A DNA stretch of 64,000 nucleotides from Euglena gracilis. Taxonomy: Eukaryota. How positions within the stretch are numbered: the stretch's first letter is position 1; every line of letters starts with the position of its first letter. The notes below the pieces were generated by a model, which worked only from the letters and a program-made list of their open reading frames with translations, had not been told where the DNA came from and did no database searches. Positions 1 to 15,366 of this stretch are shown here, one piece after another. Made by a program: the position numbers and the translations under genes. Location of the stretch: contig CP154954.1 of the NCBI GenBank assembly GCA_039621445.1, positions 35,821,703 to 35,885,702 on the forward strand. The letters run 5' to 3'.

Positions 1-3000
1 TGGTAAATGTCCCCCGGAATGGTCGAATGCACCCATCTAAATGTGCTCATTTCTTGCAACCAACATTCCCACTGCATGTCTTTCTTACCATTAAACCACG
101 ACAATCATGAAACCAACGGGTCCCCTGACTTTGGTGGCCTCCTGGAACACCCATTCGGTTACTCGGAGGAAGGCCCACTTTGGTCCATTTTTACGTGGTA
201 ACCTGGGCTGACCTGGTAAATGTCCAGCGGGAATGGTCGAATGCACGCATCTAAATGTGCTCATTTCTTGCAACCAACATTCCCGCTGCATGTTTTTTTT
301 TAACCATTAAACCACGGCAATCATGAAACCAACGGGTCCCCTGACTTTGGAGGCCTCCTGGAACACCCATTCGGTTACTCGGAGTAAGGCCCAATTTGGT
401 CCATTTTTACGTGGTAACCTGGGCTGACCTGGTAAATGTCCCCCGGAATGGTCGAATGCACCCATCTAAATGTGCTCATTTCTTGCAACCAACATTCCCG
501 CTGCCTGTTTTTCTTACCATTAAACCACTACAATCATGAAACCAACGGGTCCCCTGACTTTGGAGGCCGCCTGGAACACCCATTCAGTTACTCGGGGTAA
601 GGCCCAATTTGGTCCATTTTTACATGGTAACCTGGGCTGACCTGGTAAATGTCCCCCGGAATGGTCGAATGCACACATCTAAATGTGCTCATTTCTTGCA
701 AGCAACATTCCCGCTGCATGTTTTCCTTGCCATTAAACCACGACAATCATGAAACCAACGGGTCCCCTGACTTTGGAGGCCTCCTGGAACACCCATTCGG
801 TTACTCGGAGTAAGGCCCAATTTGGTCCATTTTTACGTGGCAACCTGGGCTGACCTGGTAAATGTCCCCCGGAATGGTCGAATGCACCCATCTAAATGTG
901 CTCATTTCTTGCAACCAACATTCCCGCTGCATGTTTTTCTTGCCATTAAACCACCACAATCATGAAACCAACGGGTCCCCTGACTTTGGAGGCCTCCTGG
1001 AACACCCATTCGGTTACTCGGAGTAAGGCTCAATTTGGTCAATTTTTATGTGGTAACCTGGGCTGACCTGGTAAATGTTCCCCGGAATGGTCGAATGCAC
1101 CCATCTAAATGTGCTCATTTCTTGCAACCAACATTCCCGCTGCATGTTTTTCTTACCATTAAACCACTGACAATCATGAAACCAACGGGTCCCCTGACTT
1201 TGGTGGCCTCCTGGAACACCCATTCGGTTACTCAGAGTAAAGCCCATTTGGTCCAGTTTTATATGGCAACCCGGGCTGACATGGTAAATGTCTCCCGGAA
1301 TGGTCGAATGCACCCATCTAAATGTGCTCATTTCTTGCAACCAACATTCCCGCTGCATGTTTTTTTTTTAACCATTAAACCACGGCAATCATGAAACCAA
1401 CGGGTCCCCTGACTTTGCAGGCCTCCTGGAACACCCATTCGGTTACTCGGAGTAAGGCCCAATTTGGTCCATTTTTACGTGGTAACCTGGGCTGACCTGG
1501 TAAATGTCCCCCGGAATGGTCGAATGCACCCATCTAAATGTGCTCATTTCTTGCAACCAACATTCCCGCTGCATGTTTTTCTTGCCATTAAACCATTACA
1601 ATCATGAAACCAACGGGTCCCCTGACTTTGGAGGCCTCCTGGAACACCCATTCGGTTACTCGGAGTAAGGCCCAATTTGGTCCATTTTTACGTGGCAACC
1701 TGGGCTGACATGGTAAATGTCCCCCGGAATGGTCGAATGCACCCATCTAAATGTGCTCATTTCTTGCAACCAACATTCCCGCTGCATGTTTTTATTACCA
1801 TTAAACCACGACAATCATGAAACCAACGGGTCCCCTGACTTTGGAGGCCTCCTGGAACACCCATTCGGTTACTCGGAGTAAGGCTCAATTTGGTCAATTT
1901 TTATGTGGTAACCTGGGCTGACCTGGTAAATGTCCCCCGGAATGGTCGAATGCACCCATCTAAATGTGCACATTTCTTGCAACCAACATTCCAACTGCAT
2001 GTATTTCTTACCATTAAACCACGACAATCATGAAACGAACGGGTCCCCTGACTTTGGTGGCCTCCTGGAACACCCATTCGGTTACTCGGAGGAAGGCCCA
2101 CTTTGGTCCATTTTCACATGGTAACCTGGGCTGACCTGGTAAATGTCCCCCGGAATGGTCGAATTCAACCATCTAAATGTGCTGATTTCTTGCAACCAAT
2201 GTTCCCGCTGCATGTTTTGCGTACCAATAAACCACGAGAATAATGAAACCAACGGGTCCCCTGACTTTGGAGGCCTCCTGGATTACCCATTCGGTTACTC
2301 GGAGTAAGGCCCAATTTGGTCCATTTTTACATGGTAACCTGGGCTGACCTGGTAAATGTCCCCCGGAATGGTCGAACGCACCCATCTAAACGTGCTCATT
2401 TCTTGCAACCAAGGTTCCCGCTGCATGTTTTTCTTACCATTAAACCACGACAATCATGAAACCAACGGGTCCCATGACTTTGGAGGCCTCCTGGACCACC
2501 CATTCGGTTACTTGGAGTAAGGCCTAATTTGGTCCATTTTTACAATGTAACCTGGGCTGACCTGGTAAATGTCCCCCGGAATGGTCGAATGCAACCATAT
2601 AAATGTGCTGATTTCTTGCAACCAAGATTCCCGCTGCATGTTTTTCTTACCATTAAACCACGAAAATCATGAAACCAACGGGTCCCCTGTCCTTGGAGGC
2701 CTCCTGGAACACCCATTCGGTTACTAAGAGCAAGGCCCAATTTGGTCCGTTTTTACGTGGTAACCTGGGCTGACCTGGTAAATGTCCCCCGGAATGGTCG
2801 AATGCAACCATCTAAATGTGCTCATTTCCTGCAACCAACGTTCCTGCTGCATGTTTTTCTTACCATTAAACCACGACAATCATGAAACCAACGGGTCCCC
2901 TGACTTTGGAGGCCTCCTGGAACACCCATTCGGTTACTCGGAGTAAGGCCCAATTTGGTCCATTTTTACATGGTAACCTGGGCTGACCTGTTAAATGTCT

Positions 3001-6000
3001 CCCGGAATGGTCAAATGCAACCATCTAAATGTGCTTATTTCTTGCAACCAATGTTCCCGCTGCATGTTTATCTTACCATTAAACCACGACAATCATGAAA
3101 CCAACGGGTCCCCTGACTTTGGAGGCCTCCTGGGCCACCCATTCGGTTACTCGGAGTAAGGCACAATTTGGTCCATTTTTACATGGTAACCTGGGCTGAC
3201 CTGGTAAATGTCCCCCGGAATGGTCGAATGCACCCATCTAAATGTGCTCATTTCTTGCAACCAACATTCCTGCTGCATGTTTTTCTTACCATTAAACCAC
3301 GACAATCATGAAACCAACGGGTCCCCTGACTTTGGAGGCCTCCTGGAACACCCATTCGGTTACTCGGAGTAAGGCCCAATTTGGTCCATTTTTACGTGGC
3401 AACCTGGGCTGACATGGTAAATGTCCCCCGGAATGGTCGAATGCAACCATCTAAATGTGCTGTTTTCTTGCAACCAACGTGCCTGCTGCATGTTGGTCTT
3501 ACCATTAAACCAGTGCAATCATGAAACCAACGGGTCCCCTGACTTTGGAGGCCTTCTGGGCCACCCATTCCGTTACTTAGAGTAAGGCACAATTTGGTCC
3601 ATTTTTACATGGTAACCTGGGCTGACCTGGTAAATGTCCCCCGGAATGGTCGAATGCACCCATCTAAATGTGCTGATTTCTTGCAACCAACGTTCCTGCT
3701 GCATGTTTTTCTTACCATTAAACCACGAAAATAAAGAAACCAACGGGTCCCCTGACTTTGGAGGCCTCCTGGAACACCCATTCCGTTACTCGGAGTAAGG
3801 CCCAATTTGGTCCATTTTTACATGGTAACCTGGGCTGACCTGGTAAATGTCCCCCGGAATGGTCGAATGCACCAATCTAAACGTGCTCATTTCTTGCAAC
3901 CAACATTCCCGCTGCATGTTTTGCTTACCATTAAACCACGACAATCATGAAACCAACGGGTCCCCTGACTTTGGAGGCCTCCTGGGTCACCCATTCGGTT
4001 ACTTAGAGTAAGGCCCAATTTGGTCCATTTTTACATGGCAACCTGGGCTGACCTGGTAAACGTCCCCCGGAATGGTCGAATGCACCCATCTAAAAGTGCT
4101 CATTTCTTGCAACCAACGTTCCCGCTGCATGTCTTTCTTTACATTAAACCCCGACAATCATGAAACCAACGGGTCCCCTGACTTTCGAGGCCTCCTGGGC
4201 CACCCATTCAGTTACTTAGAGTAAGGCACAATTTGGTCCATTTTTACATGGTAACCTGGGCTGACCTGGTAAATGTCCGCCGGAATGGTCGAATGCACCC
4301 ATCTAAAAGTGCTCATTTCTTGCAACCAACATTCCCGCTGCATGTTTTTCTTGCCATTAAACCACGGCAATCATGAAACCAACGGGTCCCCTGACTTTGG
4401 AGGCCTCCTGGAACACCCATTCGGTTACTCGGAGTAAGGCCCAATTTGGTCCATTTTTACATGGTAACCTGGGCTGACCTGGTAAATGTCCCCCGGAATG
4501 GTCGAATGCACCCTCTAAATGTGCTCATTTCTTGCAACCAACGTTCCCGCTGCATGTTTTTCTTACCATTAAACCACGGCAATCATTAAACCAACGGGTC
4601 CCCTGACTTTGGAGGCCTCCTGGAACAACCATTCGGTTACTCGGAGTAAGGCCTAATTTGGTCCATTTTTACATGGTAACCTGGGCTGACCTGGTAAATG
4701 TCCCCCGGAATAGTCGAATGCACCCAACTAAACGTGCTCATTTCTTGCAACCAACATTCCCGCTGCATGTTTTTCTTACCATTAATCCACGACAATCATG
4801 AAACCAACGGGTCCCCTGACTTTAGAAGATCCCTGGAACAACCATTCGGTTACTCGGAGTAAGGCCCAATTTGGTCCGTTTTTACATGGTAACCTGGGAG
4901 GACCTGGTATATGTCCCCCGGAATGGTCGAATGCACCCATCTAAACGTGCTGATTTCTTGCAACCAACGTTCCTGCTGCATGTTTTTCTTACCATCAAAC
5001 CACGACAATCATGAAACCAACGGGTCCCCTGACTTTGGAGGCCTCCTGGAACACCCATTCGCTTACTCGGAGTAAGGCCCAATTTGGTCCATTTTGGCGT
5101 GGTAACCTGGGCTGACCTGGTAAATGTCCCCCGGAATGGTCGAATGCACCCATCTAAATGTGCTCATTTCTTGCAACCAACCTTCCCGCTGCATGTATTT
5201 TTTACCATTAAACCACGAAAATCATGAAACCAACGGGTCCCCTGACTTTGGAGGCCTGCTGGAACACCCATTCGGTTACTCGGAGTAAGGCCCAATTTGG
5301 TCCATTTTTACGTGGTAACCTGGGCTGACCTGGTAAACGTCACCCGGAATGGTCGAATGCACCCATCTAAATGTGCTCATTTCTTGCAACCAACCTTCCC
5401 GCTGCATGTATTTTTTTATCATTAAACCATGACAATCATGAAACCAACGGGTCCCCTGACTTTGGGGGCCTCCTGGAACACCCATTCGGTGACTTGGAGT
5501 AAGGTCCAATTTGGTCCATTTTTACATGGTAACCAGGGCTGACCTGGTAAATGTAAATGTCCCCCGGAATGGTCGAATGCACCCATCTAAATGTGCTAAT
5601 TTCGTGCAATCAACATTGCCGCTGCATGTTATTCTTACCATTAGAACACGATAATCATGAAACCAACGGGTCTCCTGACTTTGGAGGCCTCCTGGGCCAC
5701 CCATTCGGTTACTCGGAGTAAAACCCAATTTGGTCCATTTTTACATGGTAACCTGGGCTGACCTGGTAAATGTCACCCGGAATGGTCGAATGCACCCATC
5801 TAAATGTGCTCATTTCTTGCAACCAACATTCCCGCTGCATGTTTTTCTTACCATTAAACCACGACAATCATGAAACCAACGGGTCCCCCAGACTTTGGAG
5901 GCCTCCTGGAACACCCATTCGGTTACTCGGAGTAAGGCCCAATTTGGTCCATTTTTACATGGTAACCTGGGCTGACCTGGTAAATGTCCCCCGGAATGGT

Positions 6001-9000
6001 CGAATGCACCCATCTAAATGTGCTCATTTCTTGCAACCAACATTCCCGCTGCATGTTTTTCTTACCATTAAACCACGACAATCATGAAACCAACGGGTCC
6101 CCTGACTTTGGAGGCCTCCTGGAACACCCATTCGGTTACTCGGAGTAAGGCCCAATTTGGTCCATTTTTACATGGTAACCTGGGCTGACCTGGTAAATGT
6201 CCCCCGGAATGGTCGAATGCACCCATCTAAATGTGCTCATTTCTTGCAACCAACATTCCCGCTGCATGTTTTTCTTACCATTAAACCACGACAATCATGA
6301 AACCAACGGGTCCCCTGACTTTGGGGGCCTCCTGGAACACCCATTCGGTGACTTGGAGTAAGGTCCAATTTGGTCCATTTTTACATGGTAACCTGGGCTG
6401 ACCTGGTAAATGTAAATGTCCCCCGGAATGGTCGAATGCACCCATCTAAATGTGCTAATTTCGTGCAATCAACATTGCTGCTGCATGTTATTCTTACCAT
6501 AAGAACACGACAATCATGAAACCAACGGGTCCCCTGACTTTGGAGGCCTCCTGGAACACCCATTCGGTTACTCGGAGTAAAACCCAATTTGGTCCATTTT
6601 TACATGGTAACCTGGGCTGACCTGGTAAATGTCCCCCGGAATGGTCGAATGCACCCATCTAAATGTGCTCATTTCTTGCAATCAACATTGCCGCTGCATG
6701 TTTTTCTTACCATTAGAACACGACAATCATGAAACCAACGGGTCCCCTGACTTTGGCGGCCTCCTGGAACACCCATTCGGTTACTCGGAGTAACGCCCAA
6801 TTTGGTCCGTTGTTACATGGTAACCTGGGCTGACCTGGTAAATGTCCCCCGGAATGGTCGAATGCACCCATCTAAATGTGCTCATTTCTTGCAACCAAAA
6901 TTCCCGCTGCATGTTTTTCTTACCATTAAACCACGACAATCATGAAACCAACGGGTCCCCTGACTTTGGAGGCCTGCTGGAACACCCATTCGGTTACTCG
7001 GAGTAAGGCCCAATTTGGTCCATTTTTACGTGGTAACCTGGGCTGACCTGGTAAATGTCCCCCGGAATGGTCGAATGCACCCATCTAAATGTGCTCATTT
7101 CTTGCAATCAACATTCCGGCCGCATGTTTTTCTTACCATTAGAACACAACAATCATGAAAGCAACGGCTCCCTTGACTTTGGAAGCGTCCTGGAACACCC
7201 ATTCGGCTCTCGGAGTAAGGCCCAATTTGGTCCATTTTTACATGGTAACCTGGGCTGACCTGGTAAATGTCCCCCGGAATGGTCGAATGCCCGCATCTAA
7301 ATGCGCTGATTTCTTGCAACCAACTTTCCCGCTGCACGTTCTTCTTACCATTAAACCACGACAATCATGAAACCAACGGGTCCCCTGACTTTGGAGGCCT
7401 CCTGGAACACCCATTCGGTTACTCGGAGTAAGGCCCAATTTGGTCCATTTTTACATGGTAACCTGGGCTGACCTGGTAAATGTCCCCCGGAATAGTCGAA
7501 TGCACATTTCTTCCAAACAACATTCCCGCTGCATGTTTTTCTTACCATTAAGCCACGAAAATCATGAAACCAACGGGTCCCCTGACTTTGGAGGCCCCCT
7601 GGAACACCCATTCGGTTACTCGGAGAAAGGCCCAATTTGGTCCATTTTGCATGGTAACCTGGGCTGACTTGGTAAATGTCCCCCGGAATGGTCGAATGCA
7701 CCCATCTAAATGCGCTGATTTCTTGCAACCAACATTCCCGCTGCATGCTTTTTTTTACCGTTAAACCACTACAATCATGAAACCAACGGGTCCCATGACT
7801 TTGGAGGCCTCCTGGAACATCCATTCGGTTACTCGTGAGTAAGGCCCAATTTGGTCCATTTTTACATGGTAACCTGGGCTGACCTGGTAAACGTCCCCCG
7901 GAATGGTCGAATGCACCCATCTAAGTGTGCTCATTTCTTGCAACCAACATTCCCGCTGCATGTTTTTCTTACCATTAAACCACGACAATCATGAAACAAA
8001 CGGGTCCCCTGACTTTGGAGGCCTCCTGGAACACCCATTCGGTTACTCGTGAGTAAGGCCCAATTTGGTCCATTTTTACATGGTAACCTGGGCTGACTTG
8101 GTAAATGTCCCCCGGAATGGTCGAATGCACCCATCTAAATCTGCTCATTCCTTGCAACCAACTTTCCCGCTGCATGTTCCTCTTACCATTAAACCACGAC
8201 AATCCTGAAACCAACGGGTCCCATGACTTTGGAGGCCTCCTGGAACACCCACTCAGTTACTCGGAGTAAGGCCCAATTTGGTCCGTTTTTACATGGTAAC
8301 CTGGGCTGACCTGGTAAATGTCCCCGGAATGATCGAATGCACCCATCTAAATGTGCTCATATCTTGCAACCAACATTCCCGCTGCATTTTCTTCTTACTA
8401 TTAAACCACGACAATCATGAAACCAACGGGTCCCCTGACTTTGGAGGCCTCCTGGAACACCCATTCGGTTACTCGGAGTAAGGCCGAATTTGGTCCATTT
8501 TTACGTGGTAACCTGGGCTGACCTGGTAAATGTCCCCCGGAATGGTCGAATGCACCCATCTAAATGTGCTCATTTCTTGCAACCAAAATTCCCGCTGCAT
8601 GTTTTTTTTTTACCGTTAAACCATGAAAATCATGAAACCAACAGGTCCCCTGACTTTTGAGGCCTCCTGGAACATCCATTCGGTTACTCGTGAGTAAGGC
8701 CCAATTTGGTCCATTTTTACATGGTAACCTGGGCTGACCTGGTAAACGTCCCCCGGAATGGTCGAATGCACCCATCTAAGTGTGCTCATTTCTTGCAACC
8801 AAAATTACCGCTGCATGTTTTTTTTTACCGTTAAACCATGAAAATCATGAAACCAACGGGTCCCCTGACTTTGGAGGCCTCCTGGAACACAAATTCGGTT
8901 ACTCGGAGTAAGGCCGAATTTGGTCCATTTTTACGTGGTAACCTGGGCTGACCTGGTAAATGTCCCCCGGAATGGTCGAATGCACCCATCTAAATGTGCT

Positions 9001-12000
9001 CATATCTTGCAACCAACATTCCCGCTGCATGTTCTTCTTACCAGTAAACTACGACAATCATGAGACCAACGGGTCCACTGACTTTGGAGGCCTCCTGGAT
9101 CACCCATTCGGTTACTCGGAGTAAGGCCCAATTTGGTCCATTTTTACATGGTAACCTGGGCTGACCTGGTAAATGTCCCCCGGAATGGTCGAATGCACCC
9201 ATCTAAATGTGCTCATTTCTTGCAACCAAAATTCCCGCTGCATGTTTTTTTTTACCGTTAAACCATGAAAATCATGAAACCAACAGGTCCACTGACTTTG
9301 GAGGCCTCCTGGAACATCTATTCGGTTACTCGTGCGTAAGGCCCAATTTGGTCCATTTTTACATGGCAACCTTGGCTGACCTGGTAAACGTCCCCCGGAA
9401 TGGTCGAATGCACTCATCTAAGTGTGCTCATTTCTTGCAACCAACATTCCGGCTGCATGTTCCTCTTACCATTAAACCACGACAATCCTGAAACCAACGG
9501 GTCCCATGACTTTGGAGGCCTCCTGGAACACCCACCCAGTTACTCGGAGTAAGGCCCAATTTGGTCCATTTTTACATGGTAACCTGGGCTGACCTGGTAA
9601 ATGTCCCCCGGAATGGTCGAATGCACCCATCTAAATGTGCTCATATCTTGCAACCAACATTCCCGCTGCATGTTCTTCTTACCAGTAAACCACGACAATC
9701 ATGAAACCAACGGGTCCCCTGACTTTGGAGGCCTCCTGGAACACAAAATTCGGTTACTCGGAGTAAGGCCGAATTTGGTCCATTTTTACGTGGTAACCTG
9801 GGCTGACCTGGTAAATGTCCCCCGGAACGGTCGAATTCACCCATCTAAGTGTCCTCATTTCTTGCAATCAACATTCCCGCTGCATGTTTATATTACCATT
9901 AGAAGACAACAATCATGAAACCAACGGGTCCCCTGACTTTGGAGGCCTCCTGGAACACCCATTCAGTTTCTCAGAGTAAGGCCCATTTTGGTCCATTTTT
10001 ACATAGTAACCCGGGCTGACTTGGTAAATGTCCCCCGGAATGGTCGAATGCACCCATCTAAATCTGCTCATTTCTTGCAACCAACTTTCCCGCTGCATGT
10101 TCCTCTTACCATTAAACCACGACAATCCTGAAACCAACGGGTCCCATGACTTTGGAGGCCTCCTGGAACACCCACTCAGTTACTCGGAGTAAGGCCCAAT
10201 TTGGTCCGTTTTTACATGGTAACCTGGGCTGACCTGGTAAATGTCTCCGGAATGATCGAATGCACCCATCTAAATGTGCTCATATCTTGCAACCAACATT
10301 CCCGCTGCATGTTCTTCTTACCATTAAACCACGACAGTCATGAAACCAACGGGTCCCCTGACTTTGGAGGCCTCCTGGAACACCCATTCAGTTACTCGGA
10401 GTAAGGCCCAATTTGGTCCATTTTTACATGGTAACCTGGGCTGACCTGGTAAATGTCCCCCGGAATGGTCGAATGCACCCATCTAAATGTGCTCATTTCT
10501 TGCAACCAACATTCCCGCTGCATGTTTTTCTTACCATTAAACCACGACAATCATGAAACAAACGGGTCCCCTGACTTTGGAGGCCTCCTGGAACACCCAT
10601 TCGGTTACTCGGAGTAAGGCCCAATTTGGTCCATTTTTACATAGTAACCTGGGCTGACTTGGTAAATGTCCCCCGGAATGGTCGAATGCACCCATCTAAA
10701 TTTGCTCATTTCTTGCAACCAACTTTCCCGCTGCATGTTAGTCTTACCATTAAACCACGACAATCGTGAAACCAACAAGTTCCATGACTTTGGAGGGCTC
10801 CTGGAACACCCACTCCGTTACTCGGAGTAAGGCCCAATTTGGTCCGTTTTTACATGGTAACCTGGGCTGACCTGGTAAATGTCCCCGGAATGATCGAATG
10901 CACCCATCTAAATGTGCTCATATCTTGCAACCAACATTCCCGCTGCATGTTCTTCTTACCAGTAAACCAGGACTATCATGAAACCAACGGGTCCCCTGAC
11001 TTTGGAGGCCTCCTGGAACACCCATTCGGTAAGTCGGAGTAAGGCCCAATTTGGTCCATTTTTACATGGTAACCCGGGCTGACCTGGTAAATGTCCCCCG
11101 GAATGGTCGAATGCACCCATCTAAATGTGCTCATTTCTTGCAACCAACCTTCCCGATGCATGTGTTTTATACCATTAAACCACGACAATCATGAAACCAA
11201 CGGGTCCCCTGACTTTGGGGGCCTCCTGGAACACCCATTCGGTTACCCGGAGTAAGGCCCAATTTGGTCCATTTTTACATGGTAACCTGGGCTGACCTGG
11301 TAAATGTCCCCCGGAATGGTCGAATGCACCCAACTAAATGTGCTCATTTCTTGCAACCAACATTCCCGCTGCATGTTCTTCTTACCATTAATCCACGACA
11401 ATCATGAAACCAACGGGTCCCCTGACTTTGGAGACCTCCTGGATCACCCATTCGGTTACTCGGAGTAAGGCCCAATTTATTCAATTTTTACATGGTAACC
11501 TGGGCTGACCTGGAAAATGTCCCCCGGAATGGTCGAATGCACCCATCTATATGTGCTCATTTCTTGCAACCAACTTTCCCGCTGCATGTTTTTCTTACCA
11601 CTAAACCAGGACAATGATGAAACCAACGGGTCCCCTGACTTTGCGGCCTCCTGGAACACCCATTCAGTTACTCGGAGTAAGGCCCAATTTGGTCCATTTT
11701 TACATGGTAACCTGGGCTGACCTGGTAAATGTCCCCCGGAATGGTCGAATGCACCCATCTAAATGTGCTGATTTCTTGCAACCAACGTTCCCGCTGCATG
11801 TTTTTCTTACCATTAAACCACGACAATCATGAAACCAACGGGTCCCCTGACTTTGGAGGCCTCCTGGAACACCCATTCAGTTACTCGGAGTAAGGCCCAA
11901 TTTGGTCCATTTTTACATGGTAACCTGGGCTGACTGGTAAATGACCCCCGGAATGGTCAAAGGCACCCATCTAAATCTGCTCATTTCTTGCAACCAACAT

Positions 12001-15000
12001 TCCCGCTGCATGTTTTTCCTACCATTAAACCACAACAATCATGAAACCAACGGGTCCCCTGACTTTGGAGGCCTCCTGGATCACCCATTCGCTTACTCGG
12101 AGTAAGGCCCAATTTGGTCCATTTTTACATGGTAACCTGGGCTGACCTGGTAAATGTCCCCCGGAATGGTCGAATGCACCCATCTAAATGTGCTCATTTC
12201 TTGCAACCAACATTCCCGCTGCATGTTTTTCTTACCATTAAACCACGACAGTCATGAAACCAACGGGTCCCCTGACTTTGGAGGCCTCCTGGATCACCCA
12301 TTCGGTTACTCGGAGTAAGGCCCAATTTGGTCTATTTTTTACAAGGTTACCTGGGCTGACCTGGTAAATGTCCCCCGGAATGGTCGAATGCACCCATCTA
12401 AGTGTCCTCATTTCTTGCAACCAACATTCCCGCTGCATGTTTTTATTCACCATTAAACCATGACAATCATGAAACCAACCGGTCCCCTGGCTTTGGAGGC
12501 CTCCTGGAACACCCATTCGGTTACTCGGAGTAAGGCCGAATTTGGTCCATTTTTACATGGTTACCTGGGATGACCTGGTAAATGTCCCCCGGAATGGTCG
12601 AATGCACCCATCTAAGTGTCCTCATTTCTTGCAACCAACATTCCCGCTGCACGTTTTTATTCACCATTAAACCACGACAGTCATGAAACCAACGGGTCCC
12701 CTGACTTTGGAGGCCTCCTGGATCACCCATTCGGTTACTCGGAGTAAGGCCCAATTTGGTCCATTTTTTACAAGGTTACCTGGGCTGACCTGGTAAATGT
12801 CCCCCGGAATGGTCGAATGCACCCATCTAAGTGTCCTCATTTCTTGCAACCAACATTCCCGCTGCATGTCTTTATTCACCATTAAACCATGACAATCATG
12901 AAACCAACGGGTCCCCTGACTTTGGAGGCCTCCTGGATCACCCATTCGGTTACTCGGAGTAAGGCCCAATTTGGTCCGTTTTTACATGGTAACCTGGTCT
13001 GACCTGGTAAATGTTCCCCGAAATGGTCGAATGCACCCATCTAAATGTGCACATTCCTTGCAACCAACATTCCCGCTGCATGTTTTTCTTACCATTAAAC
13101 CACGACAATCATGAAACCAACGGGTCCCCTGACTTTGGAGGCCTCCTGGATCACCCATTCGGTTACTCGGAGTAAGGCCCAATTTGGTCCATTTTTACAT
13201 GGTAACCTGGGCTGACCTGGTAAATGTCCCCCGGAAAGGTCGAATGCACCCATCTAAATGTGCTCATTTCTTGCAACCAACATTCCCGCTGCACGTTTTT
13301 TTTCACCATTAAACCACGACAGTCATGAAACCAATGGGTCCACTGACTTTGGAGGCCTCCTGGATCACCCATTCGGTTACTCGGAGTAAGGCCCAATTTG
13401 GTCCATTTTTACATGGTAACCTGGGCTGACCTGGTAAATGTCCCCCAAAATGGTCGAATGCACCCATCTAAATTTGCTCATTTCTTGCAACCAACATTCC
13501 CGCTGCATGTTTTTCTTACCATTAGAACACAACAATCATGAAACCAACGGGTCCCATGACTTTGGTGGCCTCCTGGAACACCAATTCGGTTACTCGGAGT
13601 GAGGCCCAATTTGGCCCATTTTTACACGGTAACCTGGGCTGACCTGATAAATGTCCCCCGGAATGGTCGAATGTACCCATGTAAATGTGCTCATTTCTTG
13701 CAACCAACATTCCCGCTGCATGTTTTTCTTACCATTAAACCACTACAATCATGAAACCAACGGGTCCCCTGACTTTGGAGGCCTCCTGGATCACCCATTC
13801 GGTTACTCGGAGTCAGGCCCAATTTGGTCCGTTTTTACATGGTAACCTGGGCTGACCTGGTAAATGTCCCCCGAAATGGTCGAATGCACCCATCTAAATT
13901 TGCTCATTTCTTGCAATCAACATTCCCGGTGCATGTTTTTCTTACCATTAAACCATGACAATCATGAAACCAACGGGTCCCCTGGCTTTGGAGGCCTCCT
14001 GGAACACCAATTCGGTTACTCGGAGTGAGGCCCAATTTGGCCCATTTTTACACGGTAACCTGGGCTGACCTGATAAATGTCCCCCGGAATGGTCGAATGT
14101 ACCCATGTAAATGTGCTCCTTTCTTGCAACCAACATTCCCTCTGCATGTTTTTTTTTAACAATTAAAACATCACAATCATGAAACCAACGGGTCCCCTGA
14201 CTTTGAAGGACTCCTGGAACACCAATTCGGTTACTCGAAGTGAGGCCCAATTTGGCCCATTTTTACACGGTAACCTGGGCTGACCTGATAAATGTCCCCC
14301 GGAATGGTCGAATGTACCCATGTAAATGTGCTCATTTCTTGCAACCAACATTCCCGCTGCATGTTTTTCTTCCCATTAAACCACGAAAATCATTAAACCA
14401 ACGGGTCCCCTGGCTTTGGAGGCCTCCTGGAACACCCATTCGGTTACTCGGAGTGAGGCCCAATTTGGCCCATTTTTTTTACACGGTAACCTGGGCTGAC
14501 CTGGTAAATGTCCCCCGGAATGGTCGAATGCACCCATCTAAATGTGCTCATTTCTTGCAACCAACTTTCCCGCTGCATGTTTTTCTTACCATTAAACCAC
14601 TACAATCATGAAACCAACGGGTCCCATGACTTTGGAGGCCTCCTGGATCACCCATTCGGTTACTCGGAGTAAGGCCCAATTTGGTCCGTTTTTACATGGT
14701 AACCTGGGCTGACCTGGTAAATTCCCGCTTACCATTAAAACAGGACAATCGTGAGACCAACGGGTCCCCTGACATTGGCGGCCTCCTGGAACACCCATTT
14801 GGTTACTCGGAGTATGGCCCAATTTGGTGCGTTTTTATATGGTGGCCTGGGCTGACCTGGTAAATGTCCCCCGGAATGGTCGAATGCACCCATCTAAATG
14901 TGCTCATTTCTTACAAAAAACATTCCTGCTGCAAGTTTTTCTTACCATTGAACAACGACAATCATGAATCCGACGGGTGCCCGGACTTTGGAGGCCTCCT

Positions 15001-15366
15001 GGAACACTTACTCGGTTACTCGGAGTAAGGCCCAATTTGGTCCATTTTTACATGGTAACCTGGGCTGACCTGGGAAATGTCCACCGGAATGGTCGAATGC
15101 ACTCACCTAAATGTGCTCATTTCTTGCAACCAACATCCCCGCTGCACGTTTTTTTACAATTAAACCATCACAATCATGAAACCAACGGGTCCCCTGACTT
15201 TGGAGGCCTCCTGGAACACCCATTTGGTTACTCGGAGTAAGGCCCAATTTGGCCCATTTTTACACGGTAACCTGGGCTGACCTGGTAAATGTCCCCCTTA
15301 ATGGTCGAATGCACCCATCTAAATGTGCTCATTTCTTGCAACTAACATTCCCGCTGCATGTTTTTT
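1..15366. repeat. 213-bp tandem satellite array (~72 monomers), continues beyond left edge of window
   Basis: TGGTAAATGTCCCCCGGAATGGTCGAATGC recurs at 1, 214 and onward with a 213-bp period. Monomers differ by scattered substitutions and small indels. Confidence 0.98.

Noticed and set aside
1-15360. Many 60-190 aa ORFs in the satellite
   Set aside because: They recur because the 213-bp unit is a multiple of 3. Each is broken by stops and has no domain motifs.
1-15366. Satellite as CRISPR array, spliced-leader/5S/tRNA gene array or hammerhead-containing satellite
   Set aside because: There are no unique spacers or cas genes. No euglenid SL-like or 5S sequence was recognised, there is no proper A/B-box pair, and there is no CTGANGA hammerhead core on either strand.
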